A stretch of 64,000 nucleotides of DNA from the NCBI RefSeq assembly GCF_009914755.1, contig NC_060932.1, one strand, 5' to 3'. Under the pieces are notes generated by a model, which was not told the DNA's origin, searched no databases, and saw only the letters and a list, made by a program, of their open reading frames with translations. The translations under genes were made by a program, and so were the position numbers. Source of the DNA: the human T2T-CHM13v2.0 reference genome, Homo sapiens. This document shows positions 1-13,340 of the stretch, one piece after another (position 1 is the first letter of the stretch; each line of letters starts with the position of its first letter).

Positions 1-339
1 GACATAGCCACTTTGTGCTCTTAATGACCAGCTCAGTGAATGGCTCAGGTAGCTTCTAAGTAGCATTTGCTTATCTGAACCATCCTAAAGATTTTAGGAT
101 GCCATAAGCAATAGGGAGAAGTATGATCATATTTATGTTGGAGAGATAATAATGTAAACCACAAAGAAGAGTATGGACTTAAGGAAGGAGAAAATAGATG
201 CAGAAAGATCAGTTCAAAAGCTTTCAAAATAATCCCCACTGAGAGACGATGAGCACTAGAGTAAGGTGAGGAATGTAGAGAACATGTATTCAGAGCTTCG
301 CACCTGGCAGAATGCTCCACACTTTTCAAATGTGACTGC

Positions 340-575
340 AGTCTATCCTCAGTTACTGTTTCAGGGGAGTGCTATTTTTATCCCCATTTTATTTTTATTG
401 TTTATTTATTTATTTATTGAGACAGGTTCTCACTCTGTCGCCCAGGCTGAAGTGCAGTGGTGCAATCTTGGCTCACTGCAACCTCTGCCTCCAGTATCCC
501 TATTTTCAATATGAAACCAGACTACTGGGCAGTAAGACAACTTGTCCAAAGTCACATAGCTAATATGGAGTGGGA
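340..575 (-). mobile_element. MIR SINE fragment interrupted by an Alu
   Basis: MIR core motifs tatccccatttt ... aacttgtccaaagtcacatagct; boundaries approximate. Confidence 0.65.
391..494 (-). mobile_element. 5'-truncated Alu (end of right arm plus tail)
   Basis: (ttta)n tail then gagacagg...cccaggctgaagtgcagtgg; TSD tatccccatttt (379-390) / tatccctatttt (495-506). Confidence 0.9.
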
Positions 576-1039
576 AGTGTGTTGGAGAAGAGGTAAAGAA
601 TTTAAGAGATATTAGTAGGTTTAAAAACTCAATTAATAAATAAATCCTGGGGACAAGCAAGAGGAAAAATCATAGCGTCTAATTTGTATGCTTAAGTAAG
701 ATCTTTAAAAAGCCAAGTGATATAGGAAAGAAGGACCAATTAAGGAGGGAAAGTCTGACTATTATGGTAATATTCTTGCACAATACCTGACATGGAATTC
801 AGACGTCTACTCAAATAATTTAGACACAAATACTTTGAAATACACAGTTAATTGTTGCAAAGGTAACTTAAGAAAATGAAATGTTCATGAAGTGTTTTCA
901 AGATTTAGCTTCACCTTATGTCTGAAATATAGAAAGCCTGACAGTTTCTCTGCTATAATGTTCTGTTTTTTCTATTACGACAAATACAATTCAACCAAGC
1001 GAAGTTGCTGTATGACCACATGAAGACCAGGCGGTAAAG

Positions 1040-1158
1040 TCCTAGATGAATCTTTAGGAAGGCAGAAACCCTATCTATTTTAATCATCTCTGTTTCCTGA
1101 ATGCCTTGCACAATACCTGGGACATTGCAGGCATTTAATCAATATTTAATAAATTGAG
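1040..1158 (+). mobile_element. L2 3' end fragment
   Basis: Resembles L2 terminus (...gccttgcacaatacctgggacattgcaggcatttaatcaatattt). Confidence 0.6.
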
Positions 1159-1499
1159 CCATTACATGCGTTATTAAAGTAAAATAACAGCATTATTCAT
1201 GTTTTTTCAAAAAGAAACATGTAGTTTCTCTGCTTTCAGTAATGTTACAATCACAGTAGGATCACAAAGGATCCGTACACACATATATAAGAGAGCATGT
1301 GGGCTACAGGACAACTGAGAAGCCCAGCATGAGGACTGTGGGAGGGATGAGGAGAGTTTGCTGCTGCTGCTGCGGGAGAAATATGTCACTGGGGACACCT
1401 TTATCTGAAGGTGACAAACTACCCAATTCAGGAAAACCACTTAAATAATAAGAGCATTCATTGTCTCACAAAATAAGAACAGAAGTCAGAAGTGCAAAG

Positions 1500-1960
1500 A
1501 TACCATCAAAGACTTGGCCTCTTTCTGCCTCTCTGCTGTGCCATGCAGAGCCTCAGATTCTACCGAGGCAGGCGCCCCAAATACCCTCCGGACGCTGGCA
1601 GCAGTTGCGTGCTTCATCTGTCCTCGTCCAGGTGCTCAGGAGAGGCTCGCCTGTGCTGGCTTCCTCTTGAGAAGGGAAACCATTTCTCGGGAGTGTTGGC
1701 TAAGGCTGCCTCTCATCCCTGGTCAGCATGAGTCACAGCCTCATTCTAGAACCTGGAGATGGCTTTCCCCTGGAGGGGCGGGGCTCACCCCGAGGAGTTT
1801 AAACTGGAGTCGGCTTTCACCCCTTGGAGGAGCAGGGGATAGCAGAAAATCACTACCTCTCTTAGGAAAGAGAAAAAAGGGCATGAGGTAAAGCTGCAGG
1901 GCGAGACAAGCTAGAGCTAAACCAGCCCCGAGGAACAGAAAGACACTCCCAGCCAAGATC
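1500..1960. promoter_or_regulatory. Promoter/enhancer-like CpG-retaining patch
   Basis: Non-repeat GC-rich segment with retained CpGs; GC box GGGGCGGGGC 1775-1784, AP-1 TGAGTCA 1729-1735, kB-like GGCTTTCCCC 1761-1770, ETS-like GCTTCCTCT near 1660, XRE TTGCGTG 1605-1611. Confidence 0.6.
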
Positions 1961-2060
1961 CCGATTCACTGTAAGGATTAAAATGAAAGAAATAATCTGA
2001 ATTTGATCCGAAGACCAAAAAGACCTTTCTCTTCCTATACTTATATAAAAGATAAATGCA

Positions 2061-2280
2061 GGAAGGGGCGGAGCAAGATGCAGAAATAGGACCCTCTGTT
2101 TCTTCTGAGAGAAACACCAATTTGAATAATTCTCTACTCACGAAAGAACCATCACAAGAGCAAGAGAAACTGGTGAGAGACCACAGTACCTGGTTTTAGC
2201 ATAAAAATCGACAAAGACGCATTGCATAGGGAAGGAAAGACAGAGTCACAGTGCCCACCTCACCCTTCCTCCAGCTCTAA
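2061..2280 (+). mobile_element. Old L1 (L1M1/L1M2-type) 5' UTR fragment
   Basis: ggagcaagatgcagaaatagg...cacagtacctggtttt...ggaaagacagagtc resembles L1M 5' ends. Confidence 0.6.
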
Positions 2281-2461
2281 GGGATAAATGCAGAGGGTGC
2301 AACACAATTTATCACCTACACCAGGCCACTTCTGAGCATGCAGGGAAGCACATAAGTTATTAAAATCTCGTGTGTATGTGTATATATGTGTGTGTGCATT
2401 TATCTTTATCCAGACCATAGCATTTTTAAATGAGAAAATACTCTTTATAAAGGAATAAGAT

Positions 2462-3516
2462 TGTTAAAGTAAATGAAAATGGAAACACGACCTGAAGAAT
2501 CCCTGAGCATACAAAGCCAGCCGGGCCTCCTCGTGACCTCAACCTTGCTTGATTTGCAAATATAAGTGAAACTTAAACTATTCCTTGTAAATGCCTATAT
2601 TAAAGAAAAACAGAACGTAAGCTCAGCCAAACAGAAGCAACCAACAAACATATAACTGTTATAAGAGTTATTAAGAAATTATTTTAGGCAGATAGAGAGG
2701 AAAAGGGGTCCTTGGGAAGTTTTTATTTCTTTTAAAGCAGCTCCAGAAATGTTTCTTGTCTAGCAGGAAAGCCCCAGCTCTTAGAGCCAGGCGGCAAGCT
2801 TTGATATGCAAATGCTGACCATTAGAAACTGGGTCCACCCAAACATGGCGCTTCCCGCTGTCTTTTTCTTGCCCTTGCCTCTACATGTGCCTGGCAACAT
2901 GGCCGCCCCCACATATCCTCAGTGTGTGGAACATCAAGGCGCCCTGCATTTGCATACTAAAAGCTAGGGTGGGAGGGCCAGTTTTTTGGCGGGGTATGTG
3001 AATGGCCTGGTCAAACCAATCCCCTGAGCCCTATACAAACCAGACACCACCTCCTCCAGCCCTCTCATATAAACAGCCACTCTTCCGCAGCACTCAATTT
3101 TCTCTTTGTTGGAATCCCCCCTCCCTCTGTCTCTGTAAGGGTGGAGCTGTTTTCTTCTTCCTTCCTTCTTTCTTGCCTATTAAACTTTTCACTCCTTAAA
3201 ACCACTCCATGTATGTCCATGTCGTTTTATCCAAACCGGTGCGAGACCAAGAACCCTGGTGTTCCTTCAGTCATCAGAACCGGATCATAACTAGTGACTT
3301 TTTAATGGGATAAACCAGCTAAGGCAATTGCACAGCTGTAAGCAATCAAATATTTTTCCTTGTTTTACTTCCTTGTTCATCCTATGAAAGTCTCCCCCTT
3401 GTGTTCCCTCCATGGAGTTCTCAAACTACTCTGGTTTGGAGCTGCCCAATCATGAATCACTGTTTGCTCAAATAAACCCTTTAGTATTTTATTATATCTC
3501 AGTTTACTTTTTAATA
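2462..3516 (+). mobile_element. ERV1 solo LTR (MER57/MER93-like, family uncertain) split by a younger LTR
   Basis: Starts tgttaaag, ends ttttaata, AATAAA near the 3' end, 4-bp TSD agat (2458-2461 / 3517-3520). Confidence 0.75.
2657..3287 (+). mobile_element. LTR9-family (LTR9B-like) solo LTR
   Basis: TG...CA termini, 631 bp, 4-bp TSD taac (2653-2656 / 3288-3291); start tgttataagagttattaagaaattattttaggcag matches the LTR9 family; two octamer motifs. Confidence 0.75.
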
Positions 3517-3812
3517 AGATACTTGGTAGGCTAAGAGCAAATTATGCTAAAAATTTTTCTTAACTTTCTTTCTTAGTGAAATGTAGAGAATATTTCAGCC
3601 CAATTATCTTCACAGATACTGTCTTTTGCCTCCATTCAGAGTATTTTCCCTTGACAAAAATATTTGTACAACAAAATGTCTTCAATACTTTTCTCTATGA
3701 CTCTTTTGAATAGGCTGACAGTAATTGTAGGCCATCTCAATTTCATTTCATCCTGATAGAGTGTATAAGTTTATCCAATTAGAAATAGGAGCTAAATCAA
3801 AAGTCCTTTCTT

Positions 3813-4084
3813 GGCCAGGTGCAGTGGCTCACGTCTGTAATCCCAGCACTTTGGGAGGTCAAGGTGAGTGGATCACTTGAGCCTAGGAGTTCAAGATCAG
3901 ACTGGGCAACATGGCATAACCCTGTCTCTACTAAAAAAAAAAATATGAAAAATTAGCCCAATGTGGTGGCACACAACTGTAGTCCCAGCTACTCGGGTGG
4001 CTGAAGTGGGAGGATCACCTGAGGCTACAGTGAGTCAAGACAGCACCACTGCACTCCAGACAGGGTGATGGGAGTTGAGACCCT
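3813..4084 (+). mobile_element. AluJ-like element with an internal deletion and no A tail
   Basis: Dimeric Alu; ggatcacttgagcctagg is J-like; short deletion after ggatcacctgag. Confidence 0.9.
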
Positions 4085-4309
4085 TCTTGCCCCAAGTTAA
4101 AATACTAAGCACAAATTATAGAACTTCAAATTAATTTTGTACATATTTAAGCACCCATTTAATTTATTTTTATTCTTCCCTTGCTCTTTTACAGACCATT
4201 TTCAATCTGGTCTTGTTGGCAAATTTTGTTTTTAATGATTACGATTTGAAAAGCTTCAAACTTTTTGGTACTCTATGAGTTGAATATATTGATAAAAAAT
4301 TTTCACCCA

Positions 4310-4925
4310 AAAGATAACAAGTATTGGCAAGAGTATAGAGAAAGGAAACACCTGTGCACTGTTGGTGGGAATGTACATTAATACATCCACTATGGAAAAC
4401 AGTATGAAGGTTCTTCAGAAAACTAAAGGTAGAATTACCATATGATCCATCAACCCCAGTATATCTGAAGGAATGAAATCAATGTGTTGAAGTAAAGTGT
4501 CAGCACTCACATACTCTGCAATGTTATTTACAATAGCCAAGACATGGAAACAACTTAGGTGTCCATCATCAGATAAATGGATAGGGAAAGAGGAGATGTG
4601 GATAAAAGGCTACAAAGTTTCAGTTAGACAAGACGACTAAGCTCCAGTAATCTATTGCACAGAATGGTGACTATAATAAATAATGACACACTGTATATTT
4701 CAAAATTGCTTTTAAAAAGTAGATTTTATATGTTTTCATCACAAAAAAATTGTTAAGCATATGAGGCAAAAAAAATCTCGTTAATTAGCTTGATATAATT
4801 ATTCCATGGTGTAAACAAATATCAAAACAACACATTGTGTATGATAAATAAATATAAATGTATACAATTTATGACCCACAAATATATACAATTATTATTT
4901 GTCAATTAAAAATAAAATGTTTAAA
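4310..4925 (+). mobile_element. L1MA-type 3' end
   Basis: ORF2 C-terminal and 3' UTR motifs (cactgttggtgggaatgta; tgtcaattaaaaataaa). Confidence 0.8.
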
Positions 4926-5458
4926 AATTTTTCAACCATTTTTAAATATAACCATAATATAGAGGACCAATTCACAAAAAGTCCACTTTTATCATAAGAC
5001 CCACTGTAAGACACACACTTATAAAATTTTTAAGTAGTTTTTCTATGGTTCAAACACCTACACTGTGACTGATGAAGGGCCTCAAAGAAGAAAAGCCCAT
5101 GCCATCAAGCTGAAACATTTTACTATATTCACAATAGCTGTGTCATTAAAGCTTTGTAGTGTGATTACTTACTGCTCAAACAAAATATTTATAAACATAG
5201 ATAACTACAATGTCCTTTGTAAAAGGCGGAATATCCCATCTTGTATGAGCACAATTATACATTATGTGTTCACCATTATGAAGGCCAAGTATATTTTCTG
5301 CTCCACTGATTTCTTAATCTGATAAGAATGTTGCATTTACCACAATTTTGTGTTTCGCTAAAATTTATCTTTACTTTATCATGACAAAAATATGACTTTA
5401 TCTTCAGTGTCAAATTTTAAAACTGAATTTATAACAGCCCTCACCTCAAAAAAGTCAA

Positions 5459-5704
<246 letters not shown>

Positions 5705-6547
5705 AAAAGTCGTATTTTTAACCTCCAACGGAATGAACTTCCACGTGCTCTACTTTGACTTCATGAGTTAGATGAAATAAATCAAATTTTACCGGAAATA
5801 ACTGGTTTTCTTTATAAAGCATCTTATAGCATTGAGACAAAACTAGCTTTACTTAATTCTTGCAAAGTTCTTCTGTTAATGGAGCCAACACATTAACAGT
5901 TTTTGTTTTACACTTCTACTTTCACAAATAAAATGCTTGAAATTGATAATATATGACATTAACTTAGGACGTTCACTTGATCTAAATGACGAGTCTTGCT
6001 TTACAGGGGTCTATGCAAACACATCTTCTGCAGCTGCACGCTAGCCTCCTTCATAAATGAACCTCTAGCCTATGAGGCAGAAGTCTGGTCTGTGATACGA
6101 TCTTCTGGTTTTTAGGTGGTCAAGGACAACACGTCAGCCACCATGGAAGAAGGCAAAGCAGTCACACTATTTTAATGTTACACATTGTCATTTGCTCCCA
6201 TATTCATTATCAAATTTTCCCTGAAACATGAATTTTCATCTTTTAGTTTATTACCATCAAAATGGTTTACTGAAAATATTTTTTAAATCATTGCCAAACA
6301 ATATTATAAGTAAAAGGTAGATTTACTTGCTAAGATTCACACTCAGACTATTCCGCAACACTCAGCCTCTGTTTCTACCACATTTCTCCTTCACTTACTC
6401 TATCACTTCCCACAGTTTCCACTGACCCCATCTAATGGTGCCCTAGTGACCTTGATACATCGGTCTCTGGCCAAAGCCCAGATTCGGCACGACAGATTCG
6501 GTACATCAGGTAGTCAGCAGAGAGGCAACACTGCATAGTTCCCTATT

Positions 6548-6705
6548 GCTCAAATTGTGGTCTGAGGGACTAGTGCAAAGATGTCACTGGAAGCTTAGTG
6601 GAAATGCAGAATCTCAGATACACCCCTGACCTACTGAGCCAGCAACTGCTTCTGAGCGGCATCCCAGATGGTCTGAGTGCACCCAGCAGTCGGGAAGCTC
6701 TAGAA
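6548..6705. mobile_element. MER5A-like hAT DNA transposon relic
   Basis: gaaatgcagaatctcag...cccctgacctactgag core. Confidence 0.65.
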
Positions 6706-7296
6706 TATTTTTCCTAACACCACTGAGAAAGACAGGAAAAACTGGGGAGAGAGGTGTCCCTAGCCACTGGCAGTGGAGCACACTCCTTTTGCCCAGTGAG
6801 CACCCGGAATGCTGTCTTTGAAAGGGAGGGGTTAGCCACATTGGGTTTGCAAGGGGCAGGAGCTCAGAGTGGTCACTGGTCTCTTTCCCAGTACCGTGAT
6901 AAGGTGAGGGCTCTACATGGCACAGCTAACTCCACCAGGTGGATTCACTAAATCTGTTCCAGTTTGTTGCTGCAACTATTGATCATAACACCTCTTTGAA
7001 AACTGAAGAATTCAAGTAAATGTAAACCCAGAGAGGACCCAGGCAAACAGGGTGGCATAATAATCTGACTTTCAGTAAAACTCTGCCCACTCTACATCTC
7101 TTCTCAAATGCACAGGCATTATAAACTCTATACCCTGCATTATATTCTCCACTGCTATTTCAAAGGCAAAGTCAAAAAGCATTTATTTATATTTTCATTT
7201 AGAAATTTATTTATTCTTTTCCTTCAGTAGCTTTTCTTATTTACTTTAAAAATATTTTAGGGGAGATCAACTAAGTTCAATCTTATGTTCAACTGG

Positions 7297-7315
7297 TGTG
7301 TGTGTGTGTGTGTGT
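7297..7315. repeat. (GT)n microsatellite
   Basis: About 9 GT units visible. Confidence 0.9.
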
Positions 7316-7989
7316 CTCCCTTAAGTGTTCTACTTTAGCAATAAATCAGATTTATCATTTTAAAAAAAAGGCCTCTAGAAACGAAAGGTGAGTTAAATCA
7401 AAGAACTATAAAGCCCCCCTAGGAATACACTAGCTGAAATATTCAAGCAGTGATAGCATTTAAGAGGAAATTACTGTGTCTGTTCATCAGTTTAAAACAT
7501 AGAACAGCTCTTGAATGTATAAAGATTTTAAACAATCTCCCCTAATGAACGTGTACCATTAACAGAAATTACAAAGTTCTGTTAATATTTAACACAAATA
7601 GAACTTGCCTCTCCCATTTTCCTTTTACAAAGATATGTGTTAAATCAAGCAAGGAGCTTTAAGAATGCCACGATCAAAAATTATGGTCTAACTAGGAAGC
7701 CTAATGCTAAAAATTGGGGGCTTGAGTTTTTTTTCTCTGCAGGAGAATGCAAAGGTAAGAATTGTTGCTATTTCTAAAGAATTTTTTATGATTTACAGGT
7801 AGTTTAAATCTAATATGTTGTTTCCTAAACTCCTTATTTTAAATCAAGAGTCTAATATTTTAAGATAACATTATTAAATTTTATGAATATTTTCATTCTT
7901 CCTTCAATAAAAGCATTTTAAGGTATTACAATCACTTTGGGTTTCTCTGAGATTCCTTATGTAGATTGTTTCCATAAAATTAGTTAAAC

Positions 7990-8145
7990 TTACTAGGCAG
8001 CTGCTATGAGTGAGGCATGGAATGTACATTATCTCAGTTCTGCATAACAATTCTTCAAAGCTGATATTGTTACACCCATTTTACAGTAAAAGTAACTGAG
8101 GTTTAGTGTGGTTAACTCATTTGCCCTAATCATATGCCCAGCAAA
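7990..8145 (-). mobile_element. MIR fragment
   Basis: cccattttacag...aactgaggtttagtgtggttaactcatttgccc. Confidence 0.7.
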
Positions 8146-8477
8146 TTAATGTCTCTTTTACACTTATCTATTTGGTAGTATTTCCCCATGTTTTACTTTG
8201 GCTGTATAATTTTGTTGATTATTTTTCTTGAGGAATTTTACCAGATAATGTTGAAAATGTTATTGCCGAGGACCATATTAAGATACTATCCCCCAAAAAA
8301 ATTCAAAGAAAATTTGAAATTAAATAAATAGGAAAAAATGGCTAACGTTATAGATATAACTAATATTTTGAAATAGATTCATCCAGAATTTTCCCCATGC
8401 AAATGTAAGTATATGCATACACACAAATATAAAGGATATAGATGCATAGAGCAATTATGCATTCATTTGGCCAAGTA

Positions 8478-9060
8478 CATTCATTCATTCATTCATTCAT
8501 CAATCCATCCATGCATTCCTCCAGCAAATACTGATGGAGCAGCCCTCTGCAGCCTGGCATTGTGTCAGCAGTCTGTGTACAGCAGGAAGTAACACAGACA
8601 TGTCCTCTCTTTTCATGGACAGAGAAGCATTAAACAAATAATTGTAAAATAATTAGTTACAAATACAGTAAGTGCTATAAGAAATATTTAATAGGAATTT
8701 AATTCTTTCAGGAAGTATTTAATGCTACGAAAGGAAACGTGATTGGCTGGAACAAAAAGAGCAAAGGTAAGAAGGGTGAACAATGAAGCTAGAGAATTGT
8801 GCTAACACCCTGATGGCCACGTGGAAAATTTCAGACTTCAGCCTAAAAACTGAAACGTCTAAGTGAGAGAGTGATATTTAAAAAATACACATTTTTTAAA
8901 ATGACTCTGACCTCAGAGTGGTGATTTCTAAGATACAAAACTTAGAGAGACAAGAGTGGGGAGAGTGATTCTGAGTGTACTGTGGCAATCCGTGCAAGAG
9001 ATGATGGTAACTCAGCCCTGTGGGGCCCAAGAGACCCTGAGAAGATGTTGTAGGCAAACA
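8478..9060 (-). mobile_element. L2 fragment with (CATT)n tail
   Basis: (cattcatt)n then cagcaaatactga...ctggcattgtg; later L2 motifs gcaagagatgatggt. Confidence 0.65.
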
Positions 9061-9089
9061 AGCCTCCGTGGATGGAGATGCCCCTAATT

Positions 9090-9900
<811 letters not shown>

Positions 9901-11203
9901 AACTTTGGTAACCAACTTAGCAAAACCTATTGTGGCCTTCTGAATTTGGAGAGGAGGATTTTGCTAATAATATTTCCAAAAAAATTGCCAAAGGAATATA
10001 TACACATGGTTACAAGTGACAAACATGTGAGCCATTTTCACTTCAAAGCTAATCACTTAACGCTTTTAGCTGGTGTTTTTTTCCTCCATATAGTAAATCC
10101 CTATCTTTTAATGTTTCTGATTCTGCTTCTTTCCAGTGTTAGTTTCATGGTTTCTGTATCTACACACTACCATACACTACCTCAGTATATTCTTTGTGAA
10201 TCCTTGCATTTCTGAAAGCATCGTAACCTATTCTTAAGCATAATAGATAATTTAGCTAGAATTAACCAAGAAAGAACTCTAGATCCCAAATAATTTCCCA
10301 GGTTTATCTAAATTCAAATGTTACCATGAACTATTGTGTATATTTACCTATGTGTATGCCCATGTCTACAGTGTATCTATAACTCCCCACATCTGTACTT
10401 ATGTGACTATTACAGTAAGAGAGTATACGTGGCCCATTTTCTGTTTCTTTACATTTCTTTCTGCCCTTTATTTTATGTATTGAAGGTTTGGACTTCCCAA
10501 GTCTATTTTTTTCCCTAAATAATGCTTTTCCAGTACTTAGTCTAGCACTTTCTGCTATATGGTCAAAGAAACATTAGCAAGACAAGAAGTAGAAAAATTT
10601 TTCTATTTCATGGAGCTGCTGAAAAGCAGATACATTCTTCAGAATACAACTGTTCTCAGAATAAAAAGGCATTTATGAAAAGGGAGTATTGGAAGACATC
10701 CAGACTTTAGAAATTATTATGTTCTGTAAAAATAACCTTTAAACTCTAGAAGTCTACCATTCCTACTAATTAGTTGCCATGGTAATAATACATAAATTGA
10801 CATCTATGTTGACTGAATGCATCATTAGTTGTAAATCTGCTTTCTTAAGCCAGACAAGGGTCCTTGGCATTCCCCCTTCCCATGGGTGGCATCTGGAGAG
10901 ACCAGGTTTATGGAAATTAGTGATGAAAGAAATGCAGTTTAGTAAGAAAAGTAACTATAACTAAATTCAGATAGATTGATCAGTTTTCCACAAAATGGCC
11001 TAAACCATTTATGTTGTCCTACCAATAGCATATAAGAGGGTACCTTTCTCCATACTCTTGACAACTTCAGATATTACCAATATTTTCACAGTCTGAAAAA
11101 TGAAAACTGATCATTTGTTGCAGTAGTTTGGACTTGATTTTTAATGGCCTATGAGAAGTGTAGGACACTGATTTTTCTTCTTCCATATGTGCCTCTTGAT
11201 ATC

Positions 11204-11684
11204 TGTTGGGAACAGGCCCCCAAATCTGGCCATAAACAGGCCCCAAAACTGGTCATAAACAAAATCTCTGCAGCAGTGTGACATGTTTGTGATGGCCATG
11301 ACACCCACGCTGAAGGTTGTTGGTTTATCGGAATGAGGGCAAGGAACACCTGGCCCACCCAGGGCAGAAAACCGCTTAAGGCATTCCTAAGCCACAGACA
11401 ATAGCATGAGCGATATGTGCCTTCAGGACATGTTCCTGCTGCAGATAACTAGCCAGAGCCCATCCCTTTATTTCCCTGTTTTAGTTAATCTATAATCTAT
11501 AGAAACAATGCTTATCACTGGCTTGGTGTCAATAAATCTGTGGGTAAAACTCTGTTCGTGGCTGTCTGCTCTGAAGGCTGTCAGCCCCCTGATTCCCACT
11601 CCACACTCTATATTTCTGTGTGTGTGTCTTAAATTCCTCTAGCGCTGCTGGGTTAGGGTCTCCATGACCGAGCTGGTCTCAGCA
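11204..11684 (+). mobile_element. MER9 solo LTR (HERV-K9/HML-3)
   Basis: Start tgttgggaacaggcccccaaatctggccataaac; TG...CA; perfect 6-bp TSD gatatc (11198-11203 / 11685-11690); inserted into an old L1 fragment. Confidence 0.9.
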
Positions 11685-12439
11685 GATATCTTTATATGTT
11701 ATTACTTGGCTGTGTTTTCATTTATATTGTATTGAATAATGTATTATTATTTGTGTATGTTATATGTAATATATGTTGCAAATATAATTATGTATTATAA
11801 AAGTAATTATTAAAATTGATGAATATTTAAATGTGTAAAATAAATCAGCAATCTTAAAACTGTTAAAAAAATCGCCTTGGAACTTTGCTTCAGTGTCTGC
11901 TCACCTCCAATAGTGCTGTTTAAAAGCTGATGTTGTTTTTACCTTCATTCCTTAATGTGTGCTGTTGTTGTTGATGATACCAGTTGGTGTGTGTGTGTCT
12001 AGAATTTTGCATCGCTTCTTTTTATTCTGGGTGTTATGACATTATAAAATGGTGAGTCTTGGTATGTGTGTTTCTTAATTCATTGTATTGGATATTTTTA
12101 CTGTTTTTAATACGAATTCTAGAATTCTTATTAGATAGCTACAAAACCTAGATTACTTTTCTAGCTGTCATATCTTTTTGTATTTTTATTATACTTTCAA
12201 GTCATTTATAAATCATTTAAATACGAGTTTCTTCGTGTTAAAATATGAAGATAACAGAACTTATGTTCTGCGATTGTTGCAAAAGTTAACTAAGTGAATA
12301 TGAGAAGGACTTTGCCAGAAAGCAAGCACTAGATAAATGCTCTGAAAGATTTTGCATGGGAGATTTGCTTCAAATATCTGAGTAACCCTTGGTTGTCTAT
12401 GTATGTTTAACGGGGAGGCCCTATGAAGTGTAATTTGTG

Positions 12440-12890
12440 AGCTCCCTTCACGCAAGCAGGACTTGTCCAGCAGGATCCGTTTCAGGGTGTTTTTTTTTTT
12501 TCTTTTTCTTCTCCTTTCCCTGAAGCCTTTCAATTTTCTAAAGAGGGGCCTTCGGATATTTTGCCTGAGTGATAAATGCTTGGCCACCAACAATCTGCAC
12601 ATGAAGGTGGAGGAAAGGTCAGGGCCAGAGGCCAGACAAACTGGTTCCTTGACAGTCCCCAGCTCCCACACCTTGGGCCGCTCAGCCTCCTTCCACGTAT
12701 GGCACGCGCTTGGCCCAAGCCCCCAGAGGCACGCTCCACTCTGGTTCCCTGGAGCTGCCGCTTTGGTTGTCATCCACAGCCCTCTCTGCCCCTCCTTCCT
12801 GCAGTGCAGGGAGTGCTCTCGCCCACATCTGCACGAGTGTGCCCCCTCTTCCCTGCAGTTACTCCCCACAGTGGGCCTGGGGAGGAAGAT
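12440..12890. promoter_or_regulatory. GC-rich candidate enhancer
   Basis: Non-repeat GC-rich patch with several CACG-core motifs. Confidence 0.35.
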
Positions 12891-13139
12891 AAGTATTTTA
12901 GGAAAACGATCTTAGCAAATAGTTTCACATAGCACAAGAAAAGTTCTAGTCTTAAATGCCGTTCTGTTCTCGAGTCTCTCCTAATTATTCACTTTCATTT
13001 TTCTGTAACCTGCTATTTTCACAAATTATGGCACATATTTTTGCAAAATAGCAAGAAAGTGGCACAGTCAACGCCAAATGGGCTTATTCACAGGAAAAGG
13101 AAGGGAGAGAGTAGCCAACACAATGGGGTAGACACACAC

Positions 13140-13340
13140 TGTGGTGGGGCACTATGGGCTTTGGAGTCAGATGGGCTGTGCCCAAATCTTGGCTGGCTGT
13201 GTGACTTTGGACAACTCTCTGAGCTGTGCTTACTGGCCTATGGAAAGGGAATAATAAACTTCCTGGAAAGTTTGGAAGATCCAGTGAGAAAAATGTATGT
13301 AAAATACCCCAGCCACAGTTGACTACCAATAAATATTGGC
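13140..13340 (+). mobile_element. MIR
   Basis: gggctttggagtcaga...gctgtgtgactttggacaa...aataaatatt. Confidence 0.75.

Noticed and set aside
1207-1956. ORFs over the promoter-like region
   Set aside because: No recognisable protein; explained by locally high GC content
12715-12860. CTCF sites
   Set aside because: Only partial matches (cccccagaggcac; gagggggcac on minus), too weak to call
12261-12932. Overlapping 202, 150 and 118 aa ORFs
   Set aside because: Multiple frames are open on both strands of a GC-rich patch, they cross a poly(T) run, and no domain is recognisable; likely chance
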